The notes beneath the pieces were generated by a model. That model saw nothing but the letters and a program-made list of their open reading frames with translations. It was not told the origin of the DNA and searched no databases. Shown piece after piece: positions 50,488 through 60,429 of a stretch of DNA of 64,000 nt (the first letter of the stretch is position 1; each line of letters starts with the position of its first letter). Position numbers and translations under genes: made by a program. Source of the stretch: Terriglobia bacterium (GTDB taxonomy: Bacteria > Acidobacteriota > Terriglobia > Terriglobales > Acidobacteriaceae); NCBI GenBank assembly GCA_020073015.1, contig JAIQFZ010000009.1, positions 73 through 64,072 of the forward strand, given 5' to 3'.

Positions 50488-51540
50488 TCACCCGAGATAC
50501 CCCTTCGCCTTGAGAAGTTCGGCATTGAGCAGTGCGGCCCCGGCGGCGCCGCGAATGGTGTTGTGCGACAGCACCGTGAATTTCCAGTCCAGCACGTTGC
50601 AGCGCCGCAACCGTCCGACGGCCGTCGTCATGCCGGCGCCCAGGTCGCAGTCAAAACGCGGCTGCGGACGATCGTGCGCTATCATGTAAACAACCGGCTG
50701 TGGCGGCGCGCTGGGCAGACGAAGTTGCTGCGGTTCGGCCTGGAAATCATTCCAGGCGGCAATAATCTCTTCGGGTTCGACCTTCTTCTTCAGCTTGATC
50801 GCCACCGACTCCGTGTGCCCATCTTCGACGGCGACGCGATTGCACTGCGCGCTCATGGCGAACGGCGCCGGCTTCACATGCGACCCGCTCAGCGTTCCCA
50901 GCAGTTTTTGCGTCTCCTCCTCCATCTTTTCTTCTTCTTTCCCGATGTAGGGGATGACGTTGCCCAGAATGTCGAGCGAGGCCACTCCGGGATAGCCCGC
51001 ACCGCTGACCGCTTGCATGGTGACGGCCATCACGGTCTCAAGATGGAACGCGCGATGCAAGGGAGCCAGCGCGAGGACCAGGCCAATGGCAGAGCAATTG
51101 GGGTTGGTGACGACATAGCCACCCGACTTGGCGCGCCAGCATTGTTTTTCGATCAACCCAATGTGGTCGGCGTTGACCTCCGGAATCACCAGGGGAACGT
51201 CGGGCTGCATGCGCAAGGCGCTCGAGTTGGAAACGACCGCGCACCCGGCGGCGGCAAACTGTGGTTCCAATTCACGGGCGATGCCTGCATCGAGCGCGGC
51301 AAAGATGATCTTCGGCGCACCCTCAGGCTTGGCCGGCGACACTGTCATGTTTGCGATGGAGGCGGGGATGGCAGTTTTTAAGCGCCAGCGGGCGGCTTCG
51401 GCATACGCCCGGCCTTCCGAACGGTCGGACGCGGCCAGCCACGACACTTCAAACCACGGGTGATGTTCGAGCATTTGGATAAATCTCTGCCCGACGATGC
51501 CCGTGGCACCGAGAATTCCTACAGAAAGTTTGGTGGACAT
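50488..51540 (-). CDS. asd: Aspartate-semialdehyde dehydrogenase
   Basis: ATG 51540 gives MSTKLSVGILGATGIVGQRF. Contains NPNCSAIG (active-site Cys) and AVSGAGY motifs. Confidence 0.9.
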   Translation of the reverse strand: MSTKLSVGILGATGIVGQRFIQMLEHHPWFEVSWLAASDRSEGRAYAEAARWRLKTAIPASIANMTVSPAKPEGAPKIIFAALDAGIARELEPQFAAAGCAVVSNSSALRMQPDVPLVIPEVNADHIGLIEKQCWRAKSGGYVVTNPNCSAIGLVLALAPLHRAFHLETVMAVTMQAVSGAGYPGVASLDILGNVIPYIGKEEEKMEEETQKLLGTLSGSHVKPAPFAMSAQCNRVAVEDGHTESVAIKLKKKVEPEEIIAAWNDFQAEPQQLRLPSAPPQPVVYMIAHDRPQPRFDCDLGAGMTTAVGRLRRCNVLDWKFTVLSHNTIRGAAGAALLNAELLKAKGYLG

Positions 51541-51768
51541 GTTGAACTTTGATTTTATACCAGCAACTTTTCTTAGGGGAATTCCGCCGCGGACTGCGAA
51601 TGACGGAATTAACCACCAGGGATACACGCGAGCAGGAGTGGAAACCGTTTGCGGGAGTCACCCTTGGAAGCCGATTTTCTAAGCCAGTTCTAATGAATCT
51701 CAAGAATAGGGCCTTTGGTGCCTGTTCGTTGCCGGAGCGGAAGCGTAGGCTTTGCCTAGGAGTGATCC

Positions 51769-52803
51769 ATGTCAGAGCTTCGCCAGAATTTTGCTACCAA
51801 AGAATGGGTTGTGATCGCCACCGAGCGCGCCCGCCGTCCGGAAGAAATGGCGCGCCATCGCGACCGCAAACCGGTGGCATCGTTCGTCGCCAACTGCCCT
51901 TTTTGTCCTGGAAATGAGAAGCTGACTCCACCAGAAGTTCTGCGGGTGCCGGCTTCGATGGATGTTCCGTGGCATGTGCGCGTGATCCCGAACAAGTTTG
52001 CGGCTCTTTCCCGCGACGTGCAGCCGACGCGCACGGTCCACCGTTCGCGCCGGGTGGTGAACGGCTTCGGGGTTCACGATGTGATCATTGAGACGCCCGA
52101 CCATTCGCAGGTTCTGGCCCTGATGCCCGATTCCTACGTAGCGGAGATCCTCCGCATCTACAAGACCCGCTACGATGAGCTCAGCCTCGACCCGCGCATC
52201 GCACACATCACGATCTTTAAAAATCACGGGCCGGACGCGGGCACGAGCCTGGAACACCCGCACTCCCAGATGATTGCGACTCCCGTGATCTCGCTCCAGG
52301 TGCGCGAGCGCTTTCAACACGCGTTGCGGCACTTTGACGACTATGGCGAGTGCATGTTTTGTCAGATGCTCGAAGAGGAACTGGAAGAACAAACCCGCAT
52401 CGTGATGGTTTCCGAACATTTCGTCGCGCTCGAACTGTATGCCTCGCCGGCTCCATTCTGTACCCACATTTATCCGCGGCGGCACATGGCCAGCTTCGGA
52501 GATGTGAGTACTGCGGAGATGAACGATCTGGCGCGCATGTTGCGCTCGACGCTGGCCAAGCTCTACCACGGGCTGGCAGACCCGGATTTCAACTTTACGA
52601 TTCGAAGCGCTCCCGCCGAAAACGTCGGCGTGAAGTACTTTCACTGGTACTTGAGTGTGATCCCGCGGCTGACGCGGGTGGCCGGATTTGAACTGGGCTC
52701 AGGAATGTTCATCAACACGGTGCTGCCGGAAGCCGCGGCCGAGTTTCTCCGCAAAGTCGATGTGGAGATCGCCAAGGACGCAGCCGCGGGTGCCACGCCA
52801 TAA
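51769..52803 (+). CDS. galT: Galactose-1-phosphate uridylyltransferase family (HIT superfamily) enzyme
   Basis: CPFCPGNE zinc motif, GVHDVIIETPDH and LEHPHSQ (H-x-H-x-Q active site). Confidence 0.8.
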   Translation: MSELRQNFATKEWVVIATERARRPEEMARHRDRKPVASFVANCPFCPGNEKLTPPEVLRVPASMDVPWHVRVIPNKFAALSRDVQPTRTVHRSRRVVNGFGVHDVIIETPDHSQVLALMPDSYVAEILRIYKTRYDELSLDPRIAHITIFKNHGPDAGTSLEHPHSQMIATPVISLQVRERFQHALRHFDDYGECMFCQMLEEELEEQTRIVMVSEHFVALELYASPAPFCTHIYPRRHMASFGDVSTAEMNDLARMLRSTLAKLYHGLADPDFNFTIRSAPAENVGVKYFHWYLSVIPRLTRVAGFELGSGMFINTVLPEAAAEFLRKVDVEIAKDAAAGATP

Positions 52804-52843
52804 TGGGCGCGGTTGAACGAACCCGGCATCTGCCGCAGGCTCC

Positions 52844-52923
52844 CTGTAGGGCGGACACTCTTGTTCGCGTGCCGGCGGCATTTGCACTGCATACAGACGC
52901 GGACAAGAGTGTCCGCGCCACAC
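52844..52923 (+). repeat. REP family A, full two-hairpin element (~80 bp)
   Basis: CTGTAGGGCGGACACTCTTGTTCGCG...spacer...GACGCGGACAAGAGTGTCCGCGCCACAC. It has the same architecture and orientation as 29347-29425. Confidence 0.85.
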
Positions 52924-52927
52924 CATC

Positions 52928-54160
52928 CTACGTTCTCCCTCGTCCCAACTCTTGCGGGAACGAGTACTCATTGAGGGGGCCGAACTTGCGTTTTTCCGCG
53001 TAGATGCGCCAGCGCCGCCAGACGATCCGCAAACTGGCCATCACCGGGATGGAAAGATAAACACCGAGCACTCCGGCAATTTCACCCCCCGCGAGAATGC
53101 CGAACAAGGCCGCCAGGGGATGCAGTTCGACACTTCCTCCCATGACGCGCGGCGAGATCACGTAGTCCTGCACCAAGCGCCAGAGGATCAGAAACAGCAG
53201 CACCACAGGCCAGTGCGGGTAGCCGGTGAGGATCGCGACCGCCATCATCGCGGCTCCCGCCAGAAGTGGGCCGACGACCGGCACAAATTCCATCGCGCCT
53301 CCGGCCGTGCCCAGCATCAGCGCGTACGGCATTCGCAGAACGCCAAGAACTGAGCTGTAGGCCAGGAACGACAGTGCGGCCAGGGTCAACTGGGCGCGAA
53401 TAAACTGGGCAAGCATCTGGTTCATATCGCGCAGCACATCCTGAAGAAACTCCCGCTGGTTGCGGGACTGCACCATCGCGAGCAGAACTTCGTGGAACGA
53501 GCTGCCGTCGCGAAGGAAGAAGATAGCAAGGATGGGAACCAGGAACAGGACCCAAAGCTCCTTGGCTGACTCGGCGGCGCGAACGCCGATGCGCTGGGCC
53601 AGGTGAGACAAGTCTTCGCGATGGTTCTTCAGAAAATTCTGGATGCCGTTCTGGGTGGCGTCGCTCCAGCCACGCTGGTGCCCGAACTCGACGGCAATCT
53701 GGCCGATCTGGCCCGAAATCTGCCCGGTGCTCGCCTTATCCATCAGCCCGGGCAGAGCGTCGCCCAGGCGAGCGGCTTGGCGGGCAATTCTGGGGCCGAC
53801 GAGGAAGCCGAACACCGCCAAACCAATGAGCAGGAGAAGATAGATGACCGCGATGGCGCGGCCGCGGCCGCGCACCAGTTTCTCCAGCCGTAGAACAGCG
53901 GGATTGATCAAGTAGGCGAAAAAGATTGCGAACAGGAACAGAATTAATGTCCGGCGCGCCGCGTAGACGAAGCCAAACCCCACGGCAAACAGGAAAGCCG
54001 TGATCAGAACGCGCGACGTACGTGAATCGAGGATGGTCAAAAACTGATCCTGCCGCCCGAGTCCGCCAGCCGTTGACCGGACCCGGTGCCCCACTATCGT
54101 AGCGCGTTCCGGGGAAGGCCATCCAAGTTCCGAAAGGGGCTGACCTTCAGCCCGGCGCAA
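52928..54160 (-). CDS. AI-2E family (PerM/YhhT-like) transporter
   Basis: Multi-transmembrane protein with the typical FVPVVGPLLAG segment. The listed start is TTG at 54160; an internal TTG or GTG near 54050 is possible. Confidence 0.7.
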   Translation of the reverse strand: MRRAEGQPLSELGWPSPERATIVGHRVRSTAGGLGRQDQFLTILDSRTSRVLITAFLFAVGFGFVYAARRTLILFLFAIFFAYLINPAVLRLEKLVRGRGRAIAVIYLLLLIGLAVFGFLVGPRIARQAARLGDALPGLMDKASTGQISGQIGQIAVEFGHQRGWSDATQNGIQNFLKNHREDLSHLAQRIGVRAAESAKELWVLFLVPILAIFFLRDGSSFHEVLLAMVQSRNQREFLQDVLRDMNQMLAQFIRAQLTLAALSFLAYSSVLGVLRMPYALMLGTAGGAMEFVPVVGPLLAGAAMMAVAILTGYPHWPVVLLFLILWRLVQDYVISPRVMGGSVELHPLAALFGILAGGEIAGVLGVYLSIPVMASLRIVWRRWRIYAEKRKFGPLNEYSFPQELGRGRT

Positions 54161-54163
54161 GCC

Positions 54164-54922
54164 TCAGTCGCGGAGCACTTCAGTATTCTCTCCCTCAATG
54201 GAAATGCGCATCAACTTGAATTGATCGTGATCATCCACCCAGAGATACCAGGTTCCGGAGTCGGTCGTCAGCTCAAGCTTGATCAGTTCCTGTTCTGTCC
54301 CCTTCACAACCGCTTTCTCCCGGCCCAGAGCCACCATTGTGCCCGGCGCCGAAGAATGCTGATGGGGGTTCAAGGTAGCGAACTTTACGCGCTGTTTGAC
54401 TGGGCACTGCACCTGCCCCTTTTCCTGCTTGCAGGCCATGCCCAAGAATTTCCAGGCCAGCACTTCGCGGTGCACAAAAAAGTAGTCGTCGAGTATGGCG
54501 GTGGAAGGTGGGAGCAGGTAAGGTTGCTCCCCTTCCTTTTCCTGCGGCCCGGCGATCCACTTCTGCATCAGAAACTGGTCGTTGGGGACAATGGTCAGCT
54601 GTGACTTGCCGGGGCTCAGTTCCCGCCAATCGTAGCGCCGGATTTCGCCCGATCCGGTGAGCCGCATCTCCGAGTCTTGCGTGGCTGCAGGCGCCGCCGA
54701 TCCCTCGGTTTTGAACTCCGATTCAATGACGCTCCCGTTCTGGCTCTGGTAGATGGAAAACGTCTCCGTTCCGACGCGATGACCGCCTATGAACACGCCG
54801 AAAGAGCCCGAGTCGACCTTCTGACCCTCGTGTTCGTTCTCTTTGTCCTTGGCCGCGGCGAATCCGGAAACAACCAAAGTCAGCGTGCACGCATACGCAA
54901 ACAAACAGCGAGACAACTTCAC
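54164..54922 (-). CDS. Secreted hypothetical protein
   Basis: GTG 54922 overlaps the aroK stop (GTGA). The signal peptide is MKLSRCLFAYACTLTLVVSGFAAA. No family recognised. Confidence 0.55.
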   Translation of the reverse strand: MKLSRCLFAYACTLTLVVSGFAAAKDKENEHEGQKVDSGSFGVFIGGHRVGTETFSIYQSQNGSVIESEFKTEGSAAPAATQDSEMRLTGSGEIRRYDWRELSPGKSQLTIVPNDQFLMQKWIAGPQEKEGEQPYLLPPSTAILDDYFFVHREVLAWKFLGMACKQEKGQVQCPVKQRVKFATLNPHQHSSAPGTMVALGREKAVVKGTEQELIKLELTTDSGTWYLWVDDHDQFKLMRISIEGENTEVLRD

Positions 54923-55500
54923 GGAGATTCTCCTGGTCTAGAGTTGGGGGAAGGAGACGCGGCCGAATCCTGCCGGCTGCCTTCGGACGGTGTTCGAAGC
55001 TGCAACGCCCCTTCAATCTCGGTGCAGATCGAAGCCACCTCTCGGCCTGAGGTTTCCACAGTGAGGGTGGCCTGCCGGTAGAAGGGAATGCGCTCGGCGT
55101 GCAACTGGGCGAACTGGTTCCGATCTTTCCGCAACGGGCGGTCGACGCCGTCGGCCTGGCTTCGCTGCCATAATTCTTCCACCGGCGCGTTCAGGAATAC
55201 AGAAGGCCAGTCTCGAAGCAAGGCACGGTTGTTGGCTTGCACGAACGCTCCACCTCCGAGCGCGACCACGCTGTGGCGCTCGAGAGATTGGATGAGATGC
55301 AGGAGGGCATTGCTTTCGGCGAACCGGAAGCCGGCTTCACCATGGTCGCGAAGAATGTCTGGAACGCTTTTCCGCTCGCGCACCTCAATGGTGGCATCGA
55401 GGTCGACGAAATCCCAGCCCAGGCGCCGGGCGAGTTCCGGACCAACCGTACTCTTTCCTGATGCCATGAATCCTACCAAAAACACCGCCCGCGCTCCCAT
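54919..55500 (-). CDS. aroK: Shikimate kinase
   Basis: MGARAVFLVGFMASGKSTVG Walker A motif, plus DLD and GGG motifs. The start is taken at ATG 55500. Confidence 0.8.
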   Translation of the reverse strand: MGARAVFLVGFMASGKSTVGPELARRLGWDFVDLDATIEVRERKSVPDILRDHGEAGFRFAESNALLHLIQSLERHSVVALGGGAFVQANNRALLRDWPSVFLNAPVEELWQRSQADGVDRPLRKDRNQFAQLHAERIPFYRQATLTVETSGREVASICTEIEGALQLRTPSEGSRQDSAASPSPNSRPGESP

Positions 55501-55575
55501 GACACACCATGACGCCGGAAAGCCAGTCATTCAACCGGCCTTCCGCGCCGCTCTCTTTCTTCTTGCGCTTGATGA

Positions 55576-56427
55576 TCAGCGTTGCTTGAGGCGGATTTTA
55601 CCACTGAACGACCGCATCACGACCGCCGACGCGGCTTTGCCGGCAGTACCAATGAAGGCACGCGTCGCATCCAGGGAGATATGAGAGTGCTGCTTCGGCT
55701 GGAGAGGGAAATCATTCTGCACCTGCCCTTGCAGCGATTGGGCACTGAATTCGGCCGAAGCGCTCGCCGGCACCAGGGCCTCGATGTCACCGGTATGGGT
55801 GCTGAATCGGTAGTCGCCGCCCGATCCGAAATCGCCGCTGTAGAAAATCCTGCCGTTTGTGGATTCTACTTTGACCAGTTGTGCGGTCACGGAATTGAGG
55901 TGGATATCCCCGCTGATGGAGGTGATTTCGACGTGTCCGTTATGAACGTTGTTGAGTGTGATCGGTCCGCTCATAGTCTGAACGACCAGGTGGCCGCGAT
56001 TCAGGTTGCGCGCTTCCACCTGGGCGCCGGCACCCTCCAGCGTCACGTCTCCCTGTAAACCATCGGCGGTGATGGGACCTGTCGAAGAACGGAGGTGCAC
56101 GGTCGCGTCCGGGGGAACCGACAGTTCGTAATCCACGCGTCCGCTTTGCGGATCAGCCCCCGGGCGCAGGCGCGACCCCACTTCGACGCGGTTGCCGTTC
56201 TGCTGGCTCTCCACGTCTACCTTGTCCCCTTTGGCGATGGCGGTGATGAGGACTTGATTCGCACTGCCCGGCTTGACTGAGACTGCCCCGTACTGGGCGT
56301 CCACGGAAACATTGGCCTGCGGGCCAACGTTGTATCGGTATTCTTTCCGGCTTTCGGCGATCGCAACCGACGCCAAACACATTGCCAGAACCAACCCTGC
56401 CACTGCGGTGCGCTGCATGCTCTCCAT
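55576..56427 (-). CDS. DUF4097-type beta-helical putative adhesin, secreted
   Basis: Signal peptide, then repeated G-P/D-I-T/H-L/V modules (TGPITADGLQGDVTLE, SGPITLNNVHNGHVEI, SGDIHLNSV, TGDIEAL, SGKIRL). Confidence 0.65.
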   Translation of the reverse strand: MESMQRTAVAGLVLAMCLASVAIAESRKEYRYNVGPQANVSVDAQYGAVSVKPGSANQVLITAIAKGDKVDVESQQNGNRVEVGSRLRPGADPQSGRVDYELSVPPDATVHLRSSTGPITADGLQGDVTLEGAGAQVEARNLNRGHLVVQTMSGPITLNNVHNGHVEITSISGDIHLNSVTAQLVKVESTNGRIFYSGDFGSGGDYRFSTHTGDIEALVPASASAEFSAQSLQGQVQNDFPLQPKQHSHISLDATRAFIGTAGKAASAVVMRSFSGKIRLKQR

Positions 56428-56472
56428 GACTGCCCCTAAACTAAACCGGATTCTACCCGATTCACCCTTGTT

Positions 56473-57183
56473 TTATTGAACATGATCTAACGCCATCTGG
56501 TATAGCATCGCCTTCTGCTGGTACGCCTCAATGAGGTGCTGGCGCGCATCCTCATCGTCCGGATTCTGATCCAGGTAGGCCTGTGCATCCCGGATGTAGT
56601 TGTTCACCGAACGCAGCTGGTTTTCATACGTAACGCGCATTCCAGGAGCGCGCTGGGAAACCTCACTCAGAAACTGCTGATCTTCCGCACTCGACGCCTC
56701 GGCTACCTCGCGATTCTTTGCGTTCTGCGGAGAGGAGGCTTTCGCCGCAGGTGCCTGAGCCACCGTAGCCGGGGGCTGACTGGCGGGAGCCGCCGGAGTG
56801 GTAACCGCCGGACCCTGCTGGCCCGCCACTTGCGGGGCCGGCTTATGGGTCACGATGTACGACGCGCCTGCCAACAGCGCTGCCGCCACCGGCACCAGCC
56901 ACCAGGCGCTCCAACTGCGCCGCGACGTAGTTGCGGGAGCCGGAGTGGCCGCCTCCGGCTCCCGGATTACCCCTTCGGCCCGCAACTCGGCAGCAATCCG
57001 GACCCAGACTCGTGGAGCTGGTTCGTCGGAAGCCGACAGCTGCCGCGCCTCACTCGAGATAAGCTTCAGGTCCGAGACCAGTTCCGAGCAAGCGGGACAG
57101 GACTTGAGGTGAGCTTCCAACTCACCGTCCTGCCGATTCTCGATCACCTCGGGCAGGACTCGCTGAACGTCCGCGCACTTCAT
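56473..57183 (-). CDS. Anti-sigma factor (zf-HC2 type, single transmembrane segment)
   Basis: MKCADVQRVLPEVIE...HLKSCPACSELV (H-x3-C-x2-C), with a central transmembrane segment WWLVPVAAALLAGASYIV. Confidence 0.8.
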   Translation of the reverse strand: MKCADVQRVLPEVIENRQDGELEAHLKSCPACSELVSDLKLISSEARQLSASDEPAPRVWVRIAAELRAEGVIREPEAATPAPATTSRRSWSAWWLVPVAAALLAGASYIVTHKPAPQVAGQQGPAVTTPAAPASQPPATVAQAPAAKASSPQNAKNREVAEASSAEDQQFLSEVSQRAPGMRVTYENQLRSVNNYIRDAQAYLDQNPDDEDARQHLIEAYQQKAMLYQMALDHVQ

Positions 57184-57215
57184 AACGACCTCTCTCCCCG
57201 ATACCGCAACCTCAC

Positions 57216-57809
57216 TTACGTGTTCCCGGCCTTTTCGGCTCTCATAAACTTCAAATAATCCCGCAGCTTCAATCTTGCCTTATGAAGTTGCGACTTGCTG
57301 TTGCCAATCGAGCACCCCACCAATTCGGCGATTTCGTTGTGCTCGAATCCTTCGACATCGTGCAACACAAAAACCGTTTTGTAGCCCGGCGGCAGACGGT
57401 CAATGGCCCGCTGCAGCTGCAGGCGATCGATCGAACCCGTCAGCTTCACGTCCTGGGCTCCCAGTTCCTTCTTCGGCGTTTCTTCCTCGGTCTCCAGCGT
57501 TTCTTCCAGCGAGACCAGCGGCAGGCCCTTCTTGCGCAGTTGCATCAGGACGACATTGACGGTCATCCGGTGAAGCCAGGTGGAGAACGCCGACTCGCCG
57601 CGGAACGTGCTGATTTTGCGAAAGAGCTGGAGAAAGGCTTCCTGCGCCAAGTCTTCGGCTTGCGCCGGATTGGAGAGCATGCGCAAACATAACGAATACA
57701 CGCGGCGTTTATGCAGGTGATACAGGATCTCGAAAGCTGCTTCGTCGCCCTGCTTGGCCCGCTCGATCGCCTCAGCTTCTGTGATACTTCCTGGTTTCGG
57801 GTCGGTCAA
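57216..57809 (-). CDS. ECF-family RNA polymerase sigma factor
   Basis: Region 2 reads [38 protein letters not shown]. Region 4 reads [36 protein letters not shown] start at 57809 after GGAAAAGG. Confidence 0.9.
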   Translation of the reverse strand: MTDPKPGSITEAEAIERAKQGDEAAFEILYHLHKRRVYSLCLRMLSNPAQAEDLAQEAFLQLFRKISTFRGESAFSTWLHRMTVNVVLMQLRKKGLPLVSLEETLETEEETPKKELGAQDVKLTGSIDRLQLQRAIDRLPPGYKTVFVLHDVEGFEHNEIAELVGCSIGNSKSQLHKARLKLRDYLKFMRAEKAGNT

Positions 57810-58069
57810 GTAACCTTTTCCGGCCGCTACTGGGTCAGATGCGGCTTGAAACTCTTTTCGTTGTATAAATTTGCGAATAGAGCAGATGGAACGCTCTTCG
57901 CCTTACAAGCAGCCGTTCAGAATACCAAAAACAGTAGCTGAGCGAGGCTGGCAGCTCCGAAATTCGGGAACCAGTTCGTTAAGCAGATCACTTTCGTAAC
58001 CGTCTGCCGACTTCGCGGCTCCCCGTGGCTCTCAGTCCCTCCTGTGGTTAAGTCTAGGAGCCCGCGTTC

Positions 58070-59479
58070 CTACGTCTTACCGATCGTAATCGTCTCCAGC
58101 CCGTGACCGTGGGGACCGGTTTCGCGGAGCCGCAGCAGGATCGCGAAGGCCATACCCACAAACCCCAGGGTAGAGAAGATCCACATCCCCAAGGCGTACC
58201 CACCCGGATTGGCCAACCCGGCGTGAGCGTAGTCGTTGGCCTTGCCAATCAGCAGGTTCATGATAAAGAACCCGATCTGCTGAATCAGCGTCATCAAAGC
58301 GTAGGCCGTGCCAAGTCTCGACTGGTCCACGATGTATGCGACCGAGGGCCACATGACCGCCGGAATCAGCGAGAACGCCACTCCCATCATGCAGATCGGG
58401 ACGAAAAGCGTGACGTTGCTGTAAGCCATCATCAGGTAGACGGGCATCAGCAGGATCGAACTGAACATCATCAGGAGGGCGCGTTTGCCCAGCTTATCGG
58501 CCAGCAAGCCGAACAAAGGCGTGGCGATCATAGCCGAAAAGGGAAGCAGGCTATTGAAGAACCCTGCGCGCTCGTGGGACAGCACCCGAATTGCCTCCGA
58601 GGCGCTGATGCCACCGTGGGCCGCCAGAATCTTGTTGGTGAAGAAGTCGATGGCAAAGGTCCGGAACGGGAAGATTGCCGAATAAAACGTGAAGCACAGG
58701 CCGACGACAAACCAGTAGGAGGGGTTGAAGCGAAGCATTTCCATTAGGCCGTGCCAAATCTGAATAATAGCTTGTCTAAGCGTCAATCCACGGATGCGGA
58801 AAACCTGCCCGAATTCCAACTTGTCGATGGAGCCGGCCTGCCCGAGTTCGTACCGCCGCTCCGCCCGGCTTTCAAGGGACCAGTAGATGGCGGAGCAGAC
58901 CACGGCCAGGACCCCAGCACCCACGGCGATCAATAACGGTCCCTGCCAACTCGGTTCGCCCCCTGGCCCATTGGGATAGAACGCCTTGTTGGCCCAAGTG
59001 GGGGAGTTGTCGGCGGCCACCGAAGCGAGGCGGGCGATGGTCAGGTTGATGCCGAACGCGAAGCTGAGTTCCTTCCCCTTGAACCATTTCGCCAGTGCGG
59101 TGGTGACGGCGACGATCATCGATTCGGCGCCGAGGCCAAGCACCGTCCGTCCGGCAATCATTAGCCCGACCTGCCCGCGTGCGGCCGTCAGCGCGGCGCC
59201 CAGCAGGCAAAGGAGAGCAAAGAAGGTGATTGCCTTCTTCGTGCCGATACGGTCGATGATGATGCCGCCGATCAGAAGGGTTGCCACCGCCGCCACGCTG
59301 TACGACGAGTTCAGCCAGCCAAAGGCCGTGGCGGAGTAGCCCAGTTTGTCGATGAAAATGCGTTCCAGCGGATTGATGCTGTCGTAGATGTAGTAGTTCC
59401 CACCCATCGCCACACTGATGAACAGAAGTACAGCCCAGCGGTAAAAGCGGGAAGGTTCTGGGCGAGACGTGTCAACCAT
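58070..59479 (-). CDS. MFS transporter
   Basis: 469 aa with about 12 transmembrane segments. An MFS loop motif is present (GGIIIDRIGTKK). Confidence 0.8.
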   Translation of the reverse strand: MVDTSRPEPSRFYRWAVLLFISVAMGGNYYIYDSINPLERIFIDKLGYSATAFGWLNSSYSVAAVATLLIGGIIIDRIGTKKAITFFALLCLLGAALTAARGQVGLMIAGRTVLGLGAESMIVAVTTALAKWFKGKELSFAFGINLTIARLASVAADNSPTWANKAFYPNGPGGEPSWQGPLLIAVGAGVLAVVCSAIYWSLESRAERRYELGQAGSIDKLEFGQVFRIRGLTLRQAIIQIWHGLMEMLRFNPSYWFVVGLCFTFYSAIFPFRTFAIDFFTNKILAAHGGISASEAIRVLSHERAGFFNSLLPFSAMIATPLFGLLADKLGKRALLMMFSSILLMPVYLMMAYSNVTLFVPICMMGVAFSLIPAVMWPSVAYIVDQSRLGTAYALMTLIQQIGFFIMNLLIGKANDYAHAGLANPGGYALGMWIFSTLGFVGMAFAILLRLRETGPHGHGLETITIGKT

Positions 59480-59639
59480 TCAGAACACTCATCCTCGGCG
59501 CAGCGGCGCCTGCGTTTCATTGGTGAAGAAGAGTAACCGCAAGAAGATAGCAGATTGGACTCGATGATGTCCGGTTTTGATGGGGAAGCGGATCAGTGAC
59601 CCAGAGATGACAATGGCTCTCGATCGCAGCCAGCGAGCC

Positions 59640-59685
59640 GCGACCGAGAGCCGAAAGCCCAGAGCCTAGCGCCGAACGCCTGCTC
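59640..59685. repeat. Degenerate heptanucleotide tandem array next to the stop of the 59686 gene
   Basis: ...GCCGAAA GCCCAGA GCCTAGC GCCGAAC GCCTGCT (period 7). Confidence 0.6.
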
Positions 59686-60234
59686 CTACATCTTTTCCGT
59701 CTTGCCGCCGTGCTTCACCGTCCCGTTGGTCTGGTTCTGGCGCTCGACGTCTTCGTTGGTGTAGACGTGCGCGGCCTTCTTGAAACCTTTGGCGGCACTG
59801 GCCGCAGCCGCCGCACTGGCCGTGTGTTCCGAGCCGCTGAAGTACAGCCATCCACCGTGTTCTTCACCATGGTCTTCCCGCATCGGGCGCATTTGGTGGC
59901 CGATCGGTTCCCGCAACAAATGAATTCGGGACGTCATCAGAGGAGCGTCGCCGCCCTGGTACCACACAGCTTCGGTGTACACCGAACTCGTCGATCCCTG
60001 AATCTGGGAGAGCGTCGAATTAGTGGCACCGGCGACCAGTCCCGTGGTTGCGTTGGTCGCTCCCACTGGGTTCGGCGAGATCGTCTGCAGGGACACCATC
60101 GGTGTCGTGAGAAGCGGGACGTACGGGCCACACCCGTAGAGGCAGGGGCTGTAAATCCGAGGAGAAGCGGGCTGTTGCCCGAAGGCTGCTACTGCAATCA
60201 GAACCACCGCACACAGAACCAAAAAGGGTCGCAT
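59686..60234 (-). CDS. Secreted hypothetical protein
   Basis: The signal peptide is MRPFLVLCAVVLIAVAAFGQQ. No family recognised. Confidence 0.5.
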   Translation of the reverse strand: MRPFLVLCAVVLIAVAAFGQQPASPRIYSPCLYGCGPYVPLLTTPMVSLQTISPNPVGATNATTGLVAGATNSTLSQIQGSTSSVYTEAVWYQGGDAPLMTSRIHLLREPIGHQMRPMREDHGEEHGGWLYFSGSEHTASAAAAASAAKGFKKAAHVYTNEDVERQNQTNGTVKHGGKTEKM

Positions 60235-60429
60235 ACTACCTCCACAGGGGCTACCGATCTCCGCCTCTAAGTGCAGTTTCCGTGCCAGTCGCGGCTGCCG
60301 GCCGGCCTACGACAATGTTCGGAGATTTCCGGTGACTCACGGCCAAAGTCCTGTAATCCCAAGTCGCGCCCGGCGCAGCCTGGTGCAAATTCATGCGCAC
60401 AACCTGCAAGCTAGTTGCGCGTTCGGATT

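Noticed and set aside
51541-51768. Possible lysine riboswitch (L-box) upstream of asd-lysC
   Set aside because: The 228-nt divergent spacer shows no recognisable L-box core elements by eye. Only a short AATTCCG/CGGAATT stem is present. An Rfam scan would be needed to detect anything weaker.
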